Positions 22,946-34,555 of a stretch of DNA of 64,000 nt are shown here, piece after piece. A model generated the notes under the pieces. The model was not told the origin of the DNA. It saw only the letters and a program-made list of their open reading frames with translations, and searched no databases. Every line of letters starts with the position of its first letter. Position 1 is the stretch's first letter. The stretch covers positions 9,362,001 through 9,426,000 of the forward strand of contig JAWMAR010000010.1 in NCBI GenBank assembly GCA_036785375.1, given 5' to 3'. The position numbers and the translations under genes are program-made. This stretch comes from Leucoraja ocellata. Its lineage: Eukaryota.

Positions 22946-23581
22946 TGTAAACCTTTCAAAACAACCTAAGGTCCAAAAACACAAAGCAGATAGTGTTGTT
23001 CTTGCATTATGCCACGGAGAGTAGTCCCAATCACTATTCAAATTACTCTGGGCCCAATAACTGTAGTCGCCGTTACCCTGATAGTGCGCTGAATGGGCCA
23101 AATACAATCAAACGAGACAAGTCCATGATACCCAACCAGTGGGATGAGTAGATTGCGTCGCTTTGTGTCTCCGTGTGGACCATTCTTATTTGGGGAGCGA
23201 TATTCCCTCACTGCCCGCCTTGAAAAGCCGCACCAACGTCCAAGTGAAAGTATACCCAAGATGGGTTCGAGGCAAATCGATCTGAATTAATTTACTATCC
23301 GTTGATGTAATGTGATCCCAGCTAATTCCCGATGTTGACGATTAATTCTTAATGTCTATCCTTGTCTCTTGCCCGTTCTAGACTCCATACCCAGAATTAT
23401 ACCCACGTACTTTGCTGGTCTCTCTGACGGTGCTGGCTGCATCAGGTGCACTCTCGTTGCTTTGAACCATTTTTCGGAATTTTCGACAGACATATACCAA
23501 TATATTATGATATTGCTTAGTGCTTGGTGGAGCAGACAGTTCGTCACGCCGACCTATTTGGCGAAGATAGTCACTGCATAA

Positions 23582-24209
23582 GGGGAGGTTGCGAAAAGCT
23601 TCTCCTGGAACTTTGGCACAGGGAGGTTTCACGGCAGTCGGGTCACGACCCATGACCCGTACTGTTGCTACGCTACTCCAAATGGATTACACGCGATGAA
23701 CTGCAGGTAGGCACTTACCATTGGTTCCAGCGGAGCGGGCCCGTTAAAACCCGCTGAAATTGACAATTTTTGCGCTGTAAATAATTATGGAAATCGGGAT
23801 AAGCGTGTGAGACATTTAGCCTACTTCAGAAATCCAAGGAATTCCAAAGGAATCAAGAAAAACACAAATAATGCCTTACTTGATGAAATGCAGCGAGCAA
23901 ACGCGATAATTCCCAATATTTGGATGTTTACCAAGCACTTTAGCTGCTGTAGTCACTTCAGTTCTCGCTTCTCTATACCTTCATTTCGCTTCACGTTTGG
24001 AATTCTAAAGTTGGGTACATGTCTCTCACACTTACTCCCACAATTTTTTTCAGCGCAAAAATTCAACATTTTGGCGGTTTTTAACAGGTAGGAAAGTACG
24101 CGTTTCTAGCATTAATAACATATACGGGAAGTGACGGATGTCTTCCAGTTGGATTTAGCGGATCCGTGCGTCGAGCCCTATGACCCGGTGACCTTACGTG
24201 CAACCCCCC
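23582..24209. mobile_element. PIF/Harbinger-like MITE
   Basis: Termini GGGGAGGTTGC...GCAACCCCCC flanked by TAA on both sides (3-bp TSD). Copy B: 62553-63175. Confidence 0.7.
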
Positions 24210-24699
24210 TAAACAAATGCACTCAAATATATATGACCTTAACGTCATCGGCCAACCGAGCGCGCAATGGCCGCATAATCGAAGTGATTCCTATTCTACC
24301 AGCCAGTGGCGATTTGAGAGAAATCATCTTTCGGGAAATGGTGGAGCACGAAGAAATACGAGCGCGCATTTAGCGTAAGGTGCTGGTTCCTTCGAGAAAC
24401 GAACATAGCAAAACAGGTTCGGCTTTATGAAGTTACGCTTTTATTTGTGATTGAACAGAAAACATATTACGGAGAAGCTTTTAAAAACATAACACGAAGT
24501 GGTCAAAACAACTGAATTCCACACGAGAACGGGTACTCTCAACATTTAGCTCGAGAGTCGAAGGTTAGCTCTGAATTAAGGAAACGACAATTGTGCAGAA
24601 AAGGAGTAAATAGATATTTGCTGATACGTGGAATGTGCGCACGCGTTTGTATTTTCGGGTATGTATTTACACATGCATTTACATTACATTTTATTTACG

Positions 24700-24912
24700 G
24701 GTCTTCGGTTAGGCCGCACTTGGAGTATAGTGTGGAGGGAATAATGTGGAGGCTTTGGAGAAGATGCAGAAGAGGTTTACTAAAATGCTGCAGGGTTTAG
24801 AGTTATTAGCAAAAAAAAAGTGGTTAGCTAAACATGGATTGTTTTCTTTGGAGCATCGGAGGTTGAAGGAAGACCCGATAGAAGTTTTTAGAATAATGAC
24901 AGGCATAGATAG
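24700..24912 (+). mobile_element. Old CR1 fragment
   Basis: VRPHLEYSV..EKMQKRFTKML..GLFSLEHRRL. Copy B: ~63670-63880. Confidence 0.8.
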
Positions 24913-25235
24913 TGTGTCTGAATTTAACATGAAGTTTGCGACCTCACGCAAACAGCGTTCCCGACACTCTATACAACGGCATTCAACACCGGAATGACTC
25001 GAATATTGCTCATGTAAATAAAAAGAATAGAAAAGTATAGAAAAAACGATTTTTTTAAAAACCATGTATACCGTTTGAGAAAATCGACTTATTTTCACAT
25101 GATATTCGAATTACGATTAAAATAGTTTGATACATTAACGATATACTAAAGGCGACTAAGCAATATCAAACGAGTCTGATCGACAGAATGAACTATTGCT
25201 TATGATATTGTTCGTTTCAGATTGGAACATTTCCC

Positions 25236-27432
25236 TTGGTTACAACGGATGTGTTCAGGACAGCAGCATCCTATGATGACCTCATCAACATCGAGGAGTA
25301 CGCAGAGACTGTAACCAGCTGCATTGCCAAGTGCACTGAGGATGTCACCATGAAAACTTTCACTGCACGTGGTAACGAAAATCCATGGATGACAGCAGAG
25401 GTGCGCTCGCTGCTGAGGGCTCGTTATGCAGCCTACAGAGCCGGTAACACAGCCGCTCTCCGATCCACCAGGACTGCACTGGGAAAAGGAATCAGGGCAG
25501 CGAAACGTGCCTTCGCGGGGAAAATCCAGGGACACCTCTGCGACACAGGAGACACCAGGAGGATGTGGAAGGGAATCGAAACATTGACGGGGTACAAGGC
25601 AAGGCAGCAGGTAACCGACACGGACACTTCTCTCCCAGATAAATTAAACAACTTCTTTGCACGTTTTGATGCAGCAAACACCACACCCAAGAGGAGAGCC
25701 AGCCCCTGCCTACAAACCGACCAGCCAGTCCTGACCATAGACAAAATGGACACACGGAGAATCCTGTCTAAGGTCAACCCGTGGAAAGCAGTCGGACCCG
25801 ACAACATCCCAGGACGTGTGCTAAAGGAATGTGCTGAGGAGTTAGCAGATGTGCTAACAGACATCTTTAACATCTCCCTTAGTCAGGCCATTGTCCCCAC
25901 ATGCCTCAAAACTTCCACGATAATCCCCATAGCGAAGAAACCAGTGGTTGCCTGCCTAAATGACTACCGCCCTGTCGCCCTGACCCCAATAATAATGAAG
26001 TGTTTTGAACGCCTGGTGAAACCCCACATTACTGCCAGCCTCCCCTCATCGTTAGACCCCCTACAGTTTGCCTATCGCCCCAACCGCTCTACAGAGGATG
26101 CCATCTCCACCACGCTGCACACAGTAATCGCGCATCTGGAACACAAGAACACATACGCCAGAATCCTGTACATTGACTTCAGCTCAGCGTTTAATACCAT
26201 CATCCCACAGAGACTTGTGGAGAAACTAACCCTGCTGGGCCTCAACACCACCCTGTGTCACTGGATCTTGGACTTTCTGACAGAGAGACCGCAGTCAGTC
26301 CGTGTTGGCAAGAACACTTCAGGCTCGATCACGCTGAGCACCGGCTCCCCTCAAGGCTGTGTGCTCAGCCCGCTGTTGTTCACACTGCTCACACATGACT
26401 GTGCTGCCAGATTCAGGGACAATAAAATCATAAAGTTCGCGGACGACACTACAGTGGTGGGACTCATCAGTGGAGATGACGAAACAAGGTACAGGGAGGA
26501 AGTAGAACAACTGGTGGACTGGTGCGGCAAAAATAACCTGGAATTGAATGTCGAAAAAACTAAGGAGATGGTTGTCGACTTCAGGAGGGCGCAGCCAGAG
26601 CATACACCGCTCAACATTAGTGGCACTGCAGTGGAGAGAGTGGAGAGCATAAAGTTCCTCGGTGTGCAGATAACGGACAACCTCACCTGGTCCAGGAACA
26701 CCACTGGGACCGTCAAATGGGCCCATCAGCGACTGCACTTCCTGAGGAAACTAAAACAGGCCTCACTCCCCACCAACATCCTCAGGACTTTCTACAGGGG
26801 CACGGTGGAGTCTGTACTCACGTACTGCATCAATACGTGGTACTGCACCTGCAACTGCTCGGACAGGAAGGCTCTGCAGAGGGTAGTGAGGGGAGCAGAG
26901 AGGATTATTGGCGTCTCCCTACCCTCGGTACAAGAACTGTTCCAGAGCCGCTGTCTGAAGAAAGCACAGAGAATTGCCAAGGACAAACTGCACCCCCTCC
27001 ACACACACCTGGATCTCTTGCCATCAGGCAAGAGATATCGAAGCATCAAAGCCCGGACTACGAGGCTGCTAAACAGCTTCCTACCACAGGCGGTGAGGCT
27101 GCTAAACAGTCACTCTGCACTCACAGTCACTTGACTTGACTCTGCGGCTGGCACGGACACTTTAATAACTGGCACTGGCCACTTAAATCAGCGGCCCCGG
27201 ACATTTTTTTTATGATTGGTTTACTGTATTTTAACATTGTGTTTTTTACCTGATTTTAACTATTTATTCTGTTCCATCAGGGACTGGATTGTTTTTTTAG
27301 TGTTATTATGTGAGAAGTGTTTTAAATTTCATGTGCGAGGCTCCGCTATTCATTGGGAAACGTCTTTTCATTTTGCACTGTACTTGTTGCTTGCAAGATG
27401 ACAATAAAGGTTGATTGATTGATTGATTGATT
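25236..27432 (+). mobile_element. Young 5'-truncated Rex1/Babar LINE with an uninterrupted 632-codon RT ORF (25236-27134)
   Basis: [58 protein letters not shown]; AATAAA followed by a (GATT)n tail at 27402-27432. Confidence 0.93.
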
Positions 27433-27449
27433 GATATTGTCCACGGACC

Positions 27450-27544
27450 GCTCAGGAAGAACAGGATAATGAAAGTGGGAGCGGTTGTCCAGATGTTGTC
27501 TCTGATTTCCTCATAGTCCTCAAGGCGAACGTCGTCGGCGTAAT
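27450..27544 (-). pseudogene. IGHM: Ig heavy-chain transmembrane exon (TM1), truncated
   Basis: Acceptor ttctgtag|AT. In phase with the Cmu4 internal donor it reads DYADDVRLEDYEEIRDNIWTTAPTFIILFFLS: an acidic spacer plus the NIWTTASTFIVLFxLS-type motif. Homology ends ~17 bp before the Rex1 LINE tail. Confidence 0.88.
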
Positions 27545-28247
27545 CTACAGAAAGCAGAACGCGAAGACATTCACAATGTGTTCTAATATAGAACATTGTA
27601 TTTTATTTACTTACCAAAATAATACGAATATTAATATTGCGGATATAAATCTACTAGGAACAGTTTTTATGTTGAGGTAATCACCCTCAACAAATATATA
27701 CAACATCATGGCCATTTGTAGCCACAGCAGCTAATAAAGAACCGTTTATGAATTGTTTTGGAGAAAGCCATGTGTATGTATATTTCTGGGATTACTCGTT
27801 CATTCTATAAACGTCCGCTTCCCATTAATATAATTTACTAACCGGGATGGTATAAACATTGAAACTGGTTAATGCTTACAATGTTATCAGACAAACCTTT
27901 ATTTGGAGTTGGTGACCGGAGCCGGGCGAAGGAACTCACTGAATGCAAACATTGGCTCCCAATCATTTGCCATAATTCCCACATTAGAACCCTGTTGTCT
28001 GATGTATCCTGTTTTCGGATAAGTAATGGAGGAAGGGTTGTGTACAAAAATAGCTTTAAACCATTGTATAGCCAATATATTTTCTAGTGTAGAATATGGA
28101 GCACGAATTAATCTATGGTTACACTTAGTCTTTTGGAACGCGTGGAAAACTACTGATTAAATGATCTGATTTGCCCTTCCGTTTGCCTGTAACTGGGTAG
28201 ATGTGCGTGAATAAGTATAAGCTTGCTCAGATCCTAACATAGTTTTC

Positions 28248-28621
28248 NNNNNNNNNNNNNNNNNNNNNNNNNNNNNNNNNNNNNNNNNNNNNNNNNNNNN
28301 NNNNNNNNNNNNNNNNNNNNNNNNNNNNNNNNNNNNNNNNNNNNNNNNNNNNNNNNNNNNNNNNNNNNNNNNNNNNNNNNNNNNNNNNNNNNNNNNNNNN
28401 NNNNNNNNNNNNNNNNNNNNNNNNNNNNNNNNNNNNNNNNNNNNNNNNNNNNNNNNNNNNNNNNNNNNNNNNNNNNNNNNNNNNNNNNNNNNNNNNNNNN
28501 NNNNNNNNNNNNNNNNNNNNNNNNNNNNNNNNNNNNNNNNNNNNNNNNNNNNNNNNNNNNNNNNNNNNNNNNNNNNNNNNNNNNNNNNNNNNNNNNNNNN
28601 NNNNNNNNNNNNNNNNNNNNN
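28248..28621. other. Assembly gap followed by a (GT)n-rich microsatellite (28622-28725)
   Basis: N run abutting gtgt repeats. Confidence 1.
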
Positions 28622-29106
28622 CTGTGTCTGTGTATGTGTGCTTGTGTGTGTGTCTGTCTGTGTGTGTGTGTGCTTGTGTGTGTGCGTGTCTGTGTATGTG
28701 TGCTTGAGTGTGAGTGCGAGTGTATATAATGCATGTGTTGTAGAAAATCTGTTTCAACATCAATCAGCATTTGTGAAGAAGAAATATATTATATGAGTCA
28801 ACATATCTGCTAACGTGTATTGTCACGGGGAATTTGCTGTGAAAGTCCATTGGTATTAAAGTGAGCGCCTAAATGTATTTGTGTTGTATTAAAGTTTTTT
28901 TTTAATTTTGTGTGCAAATATGTGCTTTTAGTTAACCGTTCCTATTATTTTGCATTTCACATTATGTTTGAATGCTGGTCTGTTTAGGTGGATGTCCATG
29001 TACTATGGTGTATATATGTCGTTAGTTCCTGAAGACTTTCAGCGATAACATTGTCTTTTCATTAATATATGGAGGTTCCACTCTCATTCCTTCTTTTTGA
29101 ACGCGT

Positions 29107-29235
29107 NNNNNNNNNNNNNNNNNNNNNNNNNNNNNNNNNNNNNNNNNNNNNNNNNNNNNNNNNNNNNNNNNNNNNNNNNNNNNNNNNNNNNNNNNNNNNN
29201 NNNNNNNNNNNNNNNNNNNNNNNNNNNNNNNNNNN
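29107..29235. other. Assembly gap followed by a (GT)n-rich microsatellite (29236-29298)
   Basis: N run abutting gtgt repeats. Confidence 1.
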
Positions 29236-29853
29236 TGTGTATGTGCGCGTGTGTGTATGTTTGTGAGTCTGTGTGTGTGTAGGTGAGTGTGTGTGTGTTT
29301 ATATTGTTAATCCTCGTGCAATTGTGTGCAAATATGTTGAGTACATGACACTATGTAAAGGTTTCATGTGATTTTGCAGATGGGTGTTTCGATAATAAGA
29401 CAGTGCATGCGCATTTCAATCTATATGTGGAAATAGAAATGTGTGCAGAAATATGCGTGACAGACGCACTGGAAATTGCCGGTTCCCCTCATGCGGGTGG
29501 AGGAGGGCGGGTTGCTACTTTTTTTTCTCGGAGCGGCAGGCCCTACTAAGCGCGACGTCTCAGATCCTGCCTCAGGTCTGATTGGATTGGAAACAGGAGA
29601 AGGAGGGAAACGGAGATCCAAAGACATGGACCCATATCTGCCCAGCAAGAGCAATAATGTTGAAGTGTGTCCGCGATCAGCTGTGACTTATCTCCAAAAC
29701 CCCGAGGTTACTGTGCAGTCTGCATCCGTTTTCCGTGAATTGTCGCCAAGATTTTCAAGTATCAACGTTAATATACCGTCATCGTTTTGGCAAATGTTCT
29801 ATACAATTCATTGGGTGGCCACGTGTTCAGCTCAAGATTTGAAGTTAAAGGTA

Positions 29854-29863
29854 TTTATTTATT
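29854..29863 (-). terminator. AATAAA polyadenylation signals for the secretory-form Ig mRNA
   Basis: Two overlapping tttatt on + (AATAAA on -), ~45 bp downstream of the tailpiece codons. Confidence 0.55.
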
Positions 29864-29902
29864 AGTATTTATTTCAGCGAAAATTGAAACGAATTCATTC
29901 GT

Positions 29903-30276
29903 ATTGACAGTGTCCATCAATACAAGAGAAACGTTGACAAAACTAGGTTTACCGCTGGACATATTGACCGTTCTGCCGATGGTCTTCATGGGGAGTGCTT
30001 CGTGCCCCACCAGACAGGAGAAGAGTACTCCGCTAGCCCACTGCTCTGCCCCAACGGATAACAGGCTGTAAGTGAAGAAGGTGTCATTGCCGTTCTCCAC
30101 CACCGCCTCGGTGTTCCGGTACTTGCTCCAATGCTTGTCATCAACTGTTCACGCGACGAAGATCCTGCGAGGGGAGAATACTCTCACAAAGCAGGTGAGG
30201 ATGATAGTCTTGTGCGCGGAGATTTCTTCTGTCGGCGGCAGAAGGACTGAGACGGACAGTGTCAGCAGATGTTCAC
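29903..30276 (-). pseudogene. IGHM: Immunoglobulin mu heavy-chain Cmu4 exon plus secretory tailpiece (pseudogene)
   Basis: Acceptor ccgtag|GT at 30276. Reads (G)[123 protein letters not shown]. This is a C1-set domain with both Cys and an elasmobranch IgM-type tail. The core Trp codon is TGA (30149-30151) and the tail Cys/stop is lost. Internal donor AGCG|GTAAAC at 29953. Confidence 0.9.
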
Positions 30277-30469
30277 CTACGGAACAATTCAAACGGCGTT
30301 TATTATACAAGACGTTTAAACTGATTAAAAGCTAATATTCGTACGTGAGTAAACTGCCAACAGGCAGTATTAACGGTATTGCATTCCCCTTTAGTGACTT
30401 GTCTCTTTGTTCAGCCAAGTACACCCGAATGTGCGTCTCTTCGGTGCACGGCAGAAGATGTGTATGAAA

Positions 30470-30835
30470 TCCGAAGTGTCAGTGATGCAGTTGAACAAAG
30501 GGGATTATGAAGGCATGAGAGAGGAGCTGGCCAAGGTAGACTGGAAAGGGATCCAAGCAGGAATGACGGTGGAACAGCAATGGCAGGAATTTCTGGGCAT
30601 AATCCTGAAGACACAGGATCATTTCATTCCAAATAGGAAGAAAGATTCCAAGGGGAGTAGGAGGCAACTGTGGATAACGAGAGAAGTCAGGGATAGAATA
30701 AAACTAAAATAAATGATGTACAACACAGCAAAGAGCAGCTGGAAGATAGACGATTGGGAAGTTGGCAAGGAATATAAAGAAGGACAGTAAAAGCTTCCTT
30801 AGATGTTTTAAGGGAAAGAGAATAGCAAAGTCAAA
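30470..30835 (+). mobile_element. CR1 ORF2 linker fragment
   Basis: LNKGDYEGMREELAKVDW..WITREVRD. Confidence 0.8.
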
Positions 30836-31297
30836 TGGTAGGGATGAAGATCCAGACTGGACTACATATGGAAGTGCAGCATGCATAATTTGTGTGGTGA
30901 TGGATATAGTAAAGGCAGGCTAATATGGTTAATCTACAGTGAGAGACTGAAAAAACCGAGATAGTTGAAATCGTATTCTGCCACCTATCCAGTAAAGGGG
31001 AGAGGAAAAGTGGTGAATGGGTGAAGGGCGAGAGTAAGAGGGTAAAACAGAATATTTGGGAGGTACAGTATAAGGGGAGAGAGTGCGAGGGGGAAGAATA
31101 GATAGAGGGGTCAGGAATAAGGTAAGGAGTGAAGAGAGGTAGAGTGACAGGGAAGAAGGGGAGAGGGGAAAGAAGGATGCTAAATGGAGGCAAACACGAA
31201 GGAGGTGTTAGGGAGGGAATATGCGGGAGGATAGTAGAGAGGTTCAAATAAGGAGGAAGGTAGGGAGAGAGGAATGGCAAGGACAGGGCATAGCGAG

Positions 31298-32120
31298 ATA
31301 GACAATAGACAATTAACTATAGGCGCAGCAGTAGGCCATTTGGCCCTTTGAGCCAGCACCGCCATTCAATGTGGTCATGGCTGATAATCTACAATCAGTA
31401 CCCCGTTCCTGCCTTCTCCCCATATCCCGACTCCGCTATCCTTAAGCGCCCTATCTAGCTCTCTCTCTTGAAAGTATCCAGAGAACCGGCCGCCACCGCC
31501 CTCTGAGGCAGAGAATTTCACAGACTAACAATTCTCTGTGTGAAAAAGTGTTTCCTCATCTCCGTTCCAAATGGCTTACCCCTTATACTTAAACTGTGGC
31601 CCCTGGTTCTGGACTCCTCCAACAACGGGAACACGTTTCCTCTGCCTCTCGCGTGTCCAAACCCTTGATAATCTTATATGTTTCAATAAGATCCCCTCTT
31701 ATCCTTTTAATTTCCGATGTACAAGCCGAGCTGCTCCATTCTCTCAGCATATGACAGTCCCGCCATCCCGGGTATTAACCTTGTGAAACTAGGCTGCACT
31801 CCCTCAATACCTAAATGAGCTTTTACTATCCTCCTTTATATTCTTGGCTAGCTTACCTTCGTACCTCATATTTTCTCCCCGTATTGCCTTTTTCGTTATC
31901 TTCTGTTGCTCTTTGACATTACCCAATCCTCTGGCTTCCCGGTCATCTATGCTATGCTGTACTTCTCACATACGATGGTCACTACCTCCTAATGGCTCCT
32001 TAACCTCAAGTTCCTTTACCAAATCGGGTTCCTTACACAACACTAAATCCAGAATTGCCTTCTCCCAGGTAGGCTCCAGTACAAGCTGCTCTAAGAATCC
32101 ACAAACTCCCTTTCTTGGGG
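31298..32120 (-). mobile_element. CR1 3' end plus internally deleted upstream fragments
   Basis: (AGACAAT)n tail, 3'UTR, and EPTWEKAILDLVL..LGGSDH (EN). Confidence 0.85.
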
Positions 32121-32159
32121 TCCAGTACCAGATAGTTAGAAATTGAGTTTCCGTGGTAT

Positions 32160-32900
32160 ATAGTGAAGAGAAAGGGTGAGAGAGAAAATTGTGGCAAGGA
32201 TTCAGAGATGGAAAGTTAAAGAGAATGGGGAGGTGGACAGGTGAACGAGCGACAGGATACGGGGAGAACGCCAAGACGTCGAAAGGGGAATATAGTGAGA
32301 GGGAATGCTGGAGAGAGGTGGCAAGAGTGAGTGAAAGCAAATGTGCTCATTATGAATGAGAGAATGAGCATGGGGTAAGATACGGTTGGAGAGAGAAATC
32401 GAGAGGGACATGAAGTGAGAGTGTGAAGTGAGCCAGATACGGAGTGAGAGGGATTGCGAGTAGGAAAGATGGTGAGTGGGAAAGAGATAGGTAGTGTGAG
32501 AGAGGGAATGGGAGATATATCGATTGAGTGTGGGAGAAGGTCGTGGGAGAGAGATCTCGAAGCGAGGCGGGAAGGAGAGTTGGTGAAGACAGATAAAACG
32601 ATAGAGTGATAGGAGAAATAGAGAAAGGGAGGAAATGGAAGAGGGAGAATGAAGGGATGGGTGAGGGACAATAGGAAAGTGGAAGGGAGAAGGGAGGTCA
32701 GAGCGCCTGGATAGGAGGTGATTGTTAGTCAATGGGACAGAAGAGGAGAGAGTTGTGTCAGGGTGATACAGGGAAAGCGAGGGGGAAATACATCAAGAGC
32801 TGGAGGAGGGGTGGGGTAAGGGAAAGACGACTGGTTGTAGCAGAGGAAAGGTGCAGAGAGAGATGAGAGAGACTGTCAGAGAGAGCCGTCAGAGAGTGTG
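32160..32900 (+). repeat. Purine-rich (GA) low-complexity tract; a second tract at ~30990-31298
   Basis: Strong A/G strand bias with no clear unit. Confidence 0.85.
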
Positions 32901-34555
32901 AATAAAAATAAGGAATGGAGTGCAGGGAGTTGTATCATTTTCTGGTTTTTGGACAAGTCTCTGTTGCTCTCTGGATGTCGTGAGACTCTGCGATATTCCT
33001 CCTCTGGGTTAATGACGACAGATAATTGTATTGTCCGAGGCAAAGCCAGATACATTCGAAGTCAGCAAGGAATGAATGGGTAACGTTGGCGCCGGAAGTG
33101 TGTTGCTGTGATGAGCAGCGATCAAAATGAGTAGCGAAGCCGATTGACGAAGGCGATCTGTTGGACTAATTCCTAACCTGTGGACAAAAGTCACCCCGTC
33201 GATCTTCAGACTGCGCGCCCGAAGCCCCGACGGTTTCCATGGATGTTGGGATTGCCTTGGTAAGTAAAGCGGATTGAAGGAAATTAGACAAACAACATGT
33301 TGGAGAGTTGGATCTGATGGAGTTTGAAAGAATATCCCCTTTGCTGGACCAATGCCAGTCTGAAGAAGAGTCTCGACCCGAAACATAGACACATAGAAAT
33401 TAGGTGCAGGCGTAGGCCATTCGGCCCTTCGAGCCTGCACCGCCATTCAATATGATCATGGCTGATCATCTAACTCAGTATCCCGTACCTGCCTTCTCTC
33501 CATACCCTCTGATCCCTTTAGCCACAAGGGCCACATCTAACTCCCTCTTAAATATAGCCAATGAACTGGCCTCAACTACCCTCTGTGGCAGAGTTCCAGA
33601 GATTCACCACTCTCTGTGTGAAAAAAGTTCTTCTCATCTCGGTTTTAAAGGATTTCCCCCTTATCCTTAAGCTGTGACCCCTTGTCCTGGACTTCCCCAA
33701 CATCGGGACCAATCTTCCTGCATCTAGCCTGTCCAACCCCTTAAGAATTGTATAAGTTTCTATAAGATCCCCTCTCAATCTCCTAAATGCTAGAGAGTAT
33801 AAACCAAGTCTATCCCGTCTTTCTTCATAAGACAGTCCTGACATCCCAGGAATCAGTCTGGTGAACCTTCTCTGCACTCCCTATATGGCAACAATGTCCT
33901 TCCTCAGATTTGGAGACCAAAACTGTACGCAATACTCCAGGTGTGGTCTCACCAAGACCCTGTACAACTGCATTAGAACCTCCCTGCTCCTATACTCAAA
34001 TCCTTTTGATATGAAAGCCAACATACCATTCGCTTTCTTTACTGCCTGCTGCACCTGCATGCCTACCTTCAATGGTGTAGCATGACACCCAGGTCTCGCT
34101 GCATCTCCCCCTTTCCCAATCGGCCACCATTTAGATAATAGTCTGCTTTCCCGTTTTTGCCACCAAAATGGATAACCTCACATTTATCCACATTATACTG
34201 CATCTGCCAAACGACGCCTATTCCTTCTCTCCAGAGACGCTGCCTGACGCGCTGAGTGAGTTACTACAGCATGTTGTGTCTTACCCACTCCCAATTTCCA
34301 TCCTCAGTATCGCCACAGTATCCTAGTCGTTGCAATTTCGCAATCAATGCCCTGAATTATTCACAGCGGGGATTGCAATTGGCTGAAGTAATGTCTTTGC
34401 GAATAATTACGCAATCTCTATTTTTAATTCTGTTGAAACTGCACTGTCCCAGTGGAGACGCTAAACGGCATAAAATCTCCAGGAATGATCTGCCACAGAA
34501 TTTCATTCCGAGAGATTTCCAGTACCGCATGAGGACACGTCGATCGGCAGAGAAA

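Larger units (their letters stand above)
1..33307 (+). repeat. Tandem segmental duplication, copy A (starts upstream of the window)
   Basis: Base 1 (ttggatctgatggagtttga) recurs at 33308. Colinear similarity with the same order of genes and TEs continues to ~25035, which matches ~64000. Divergence is a few percent plus several large indels. Confidence 0.95.

Noticed and set aside
22907-23107. Minus-strand ORF with DYSYWAQ resembling an Ig J segment
   Set aside because: Lacks WGxG and VTV, an RSS and a splice donor.
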